DNA from: Escherichia coli
Lineage (GTDB): Bacteria; Pseudomonadota; Gammaproteobacteria; Enterobacterales; Enterobacteriaceae
Length of the DNA stretch: 5,887 nucleotides
Reading direction: 5' to 3' (one strand)
Assembly: GCF_003334815.1 (NCBI RefSeq)
Contig: NZ_QOWO01000070.1
Each line of letters begins with the position of its first letter. Positions within the stretch are counted from its first letter, which is position 1. This document shows, piece by piece, positions 5,864 to 5,887 of this stretch. The notes under the pieces were generated by a model. The model did no database searches, was not told the origin of the DNA, and saw only the letters and a program-made list of their open reading frames with translations. Both the position numbers and the translations under genes were made by a program.

Positions 5864-5887
5864 GATGACTAAAAATACTCGTTTTTC
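5864..5887 (+). CDS. N-terminus of IS3-family OrfA (MTKNTRF...), partial at the window edge
   Basis: An ATG 53 bp inside the IRL with an upstream AGAGG. MTKNTRF is the start of the IS629/IS1203-type OrfA as I remember it. Confidence 0.7.

Larger units (their letters stand above)
5811..5887 (+). mobile_element. Left end of an IS3-family IS629/IS1203-like element, copy 3; continues beyond the window
   Basis: IRL TGAACCGCCCCGGGAATCCTGGAGACTAAAC starts at 5811 and is the inverted match of the right termini at 137 and 4684. It is followed by an RBS (AGAGG) and the orfA start. Confidence 0.85.

Noticed and set aside
1-5887. CRISPR arrays, tRNA or rRNA genes
   Set aside because: No regularly spaced direct repeats, no cloverleaf-like tRNA sequence, and no rRNA-like sequence seen on either strand.

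Overview
This window is an IS-dense accessory region of an enterobacterial-type replicon, carrying a two-gene module for secreted phosphate scavenging between insertion-sequence copies. The convergent pair is (i) a Sec-secreted phytase-like beta-propeller protein (227..1570 +) and (ii) a Tat-exported PhoX-family alkaline phosphatase (1846..3825 -), sharing one bidirectional intrinsic terminator (1793..1826). Three same-orientation pieces of one IS3-family element, recognised from memory as IS629/IS1203-like, frame it: the right end of copy 1 (1..137), a 5'-truncated copy 2 (about 3905..4684) lying upstream of phoX, and the left end of copy 3 (5811..5887). Between copies 2 and 3 lies an IS graveyard: 267 bp of unassigned DNA with a perfect 11-bp hairpin, a truncated IS66-family tnpB (4952..5122 -, too short for the ORF track), and a 225-aa ORF (5119..5796 -) that looks like an IS66 TnpA body fused in frame to an IS21-family IstA-like N-terminus. 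I found no rRNA, tRNA or CRISPR array. No single novel system stands out; the most interesting points are the IS-flanked phoX/phytase-like cargo, the IS junctions sitting exactly where Pho-regulon promoters would be, and the chimeric IS ORF. All protein-family calls are from visual motif recognition and memory, not database searches.
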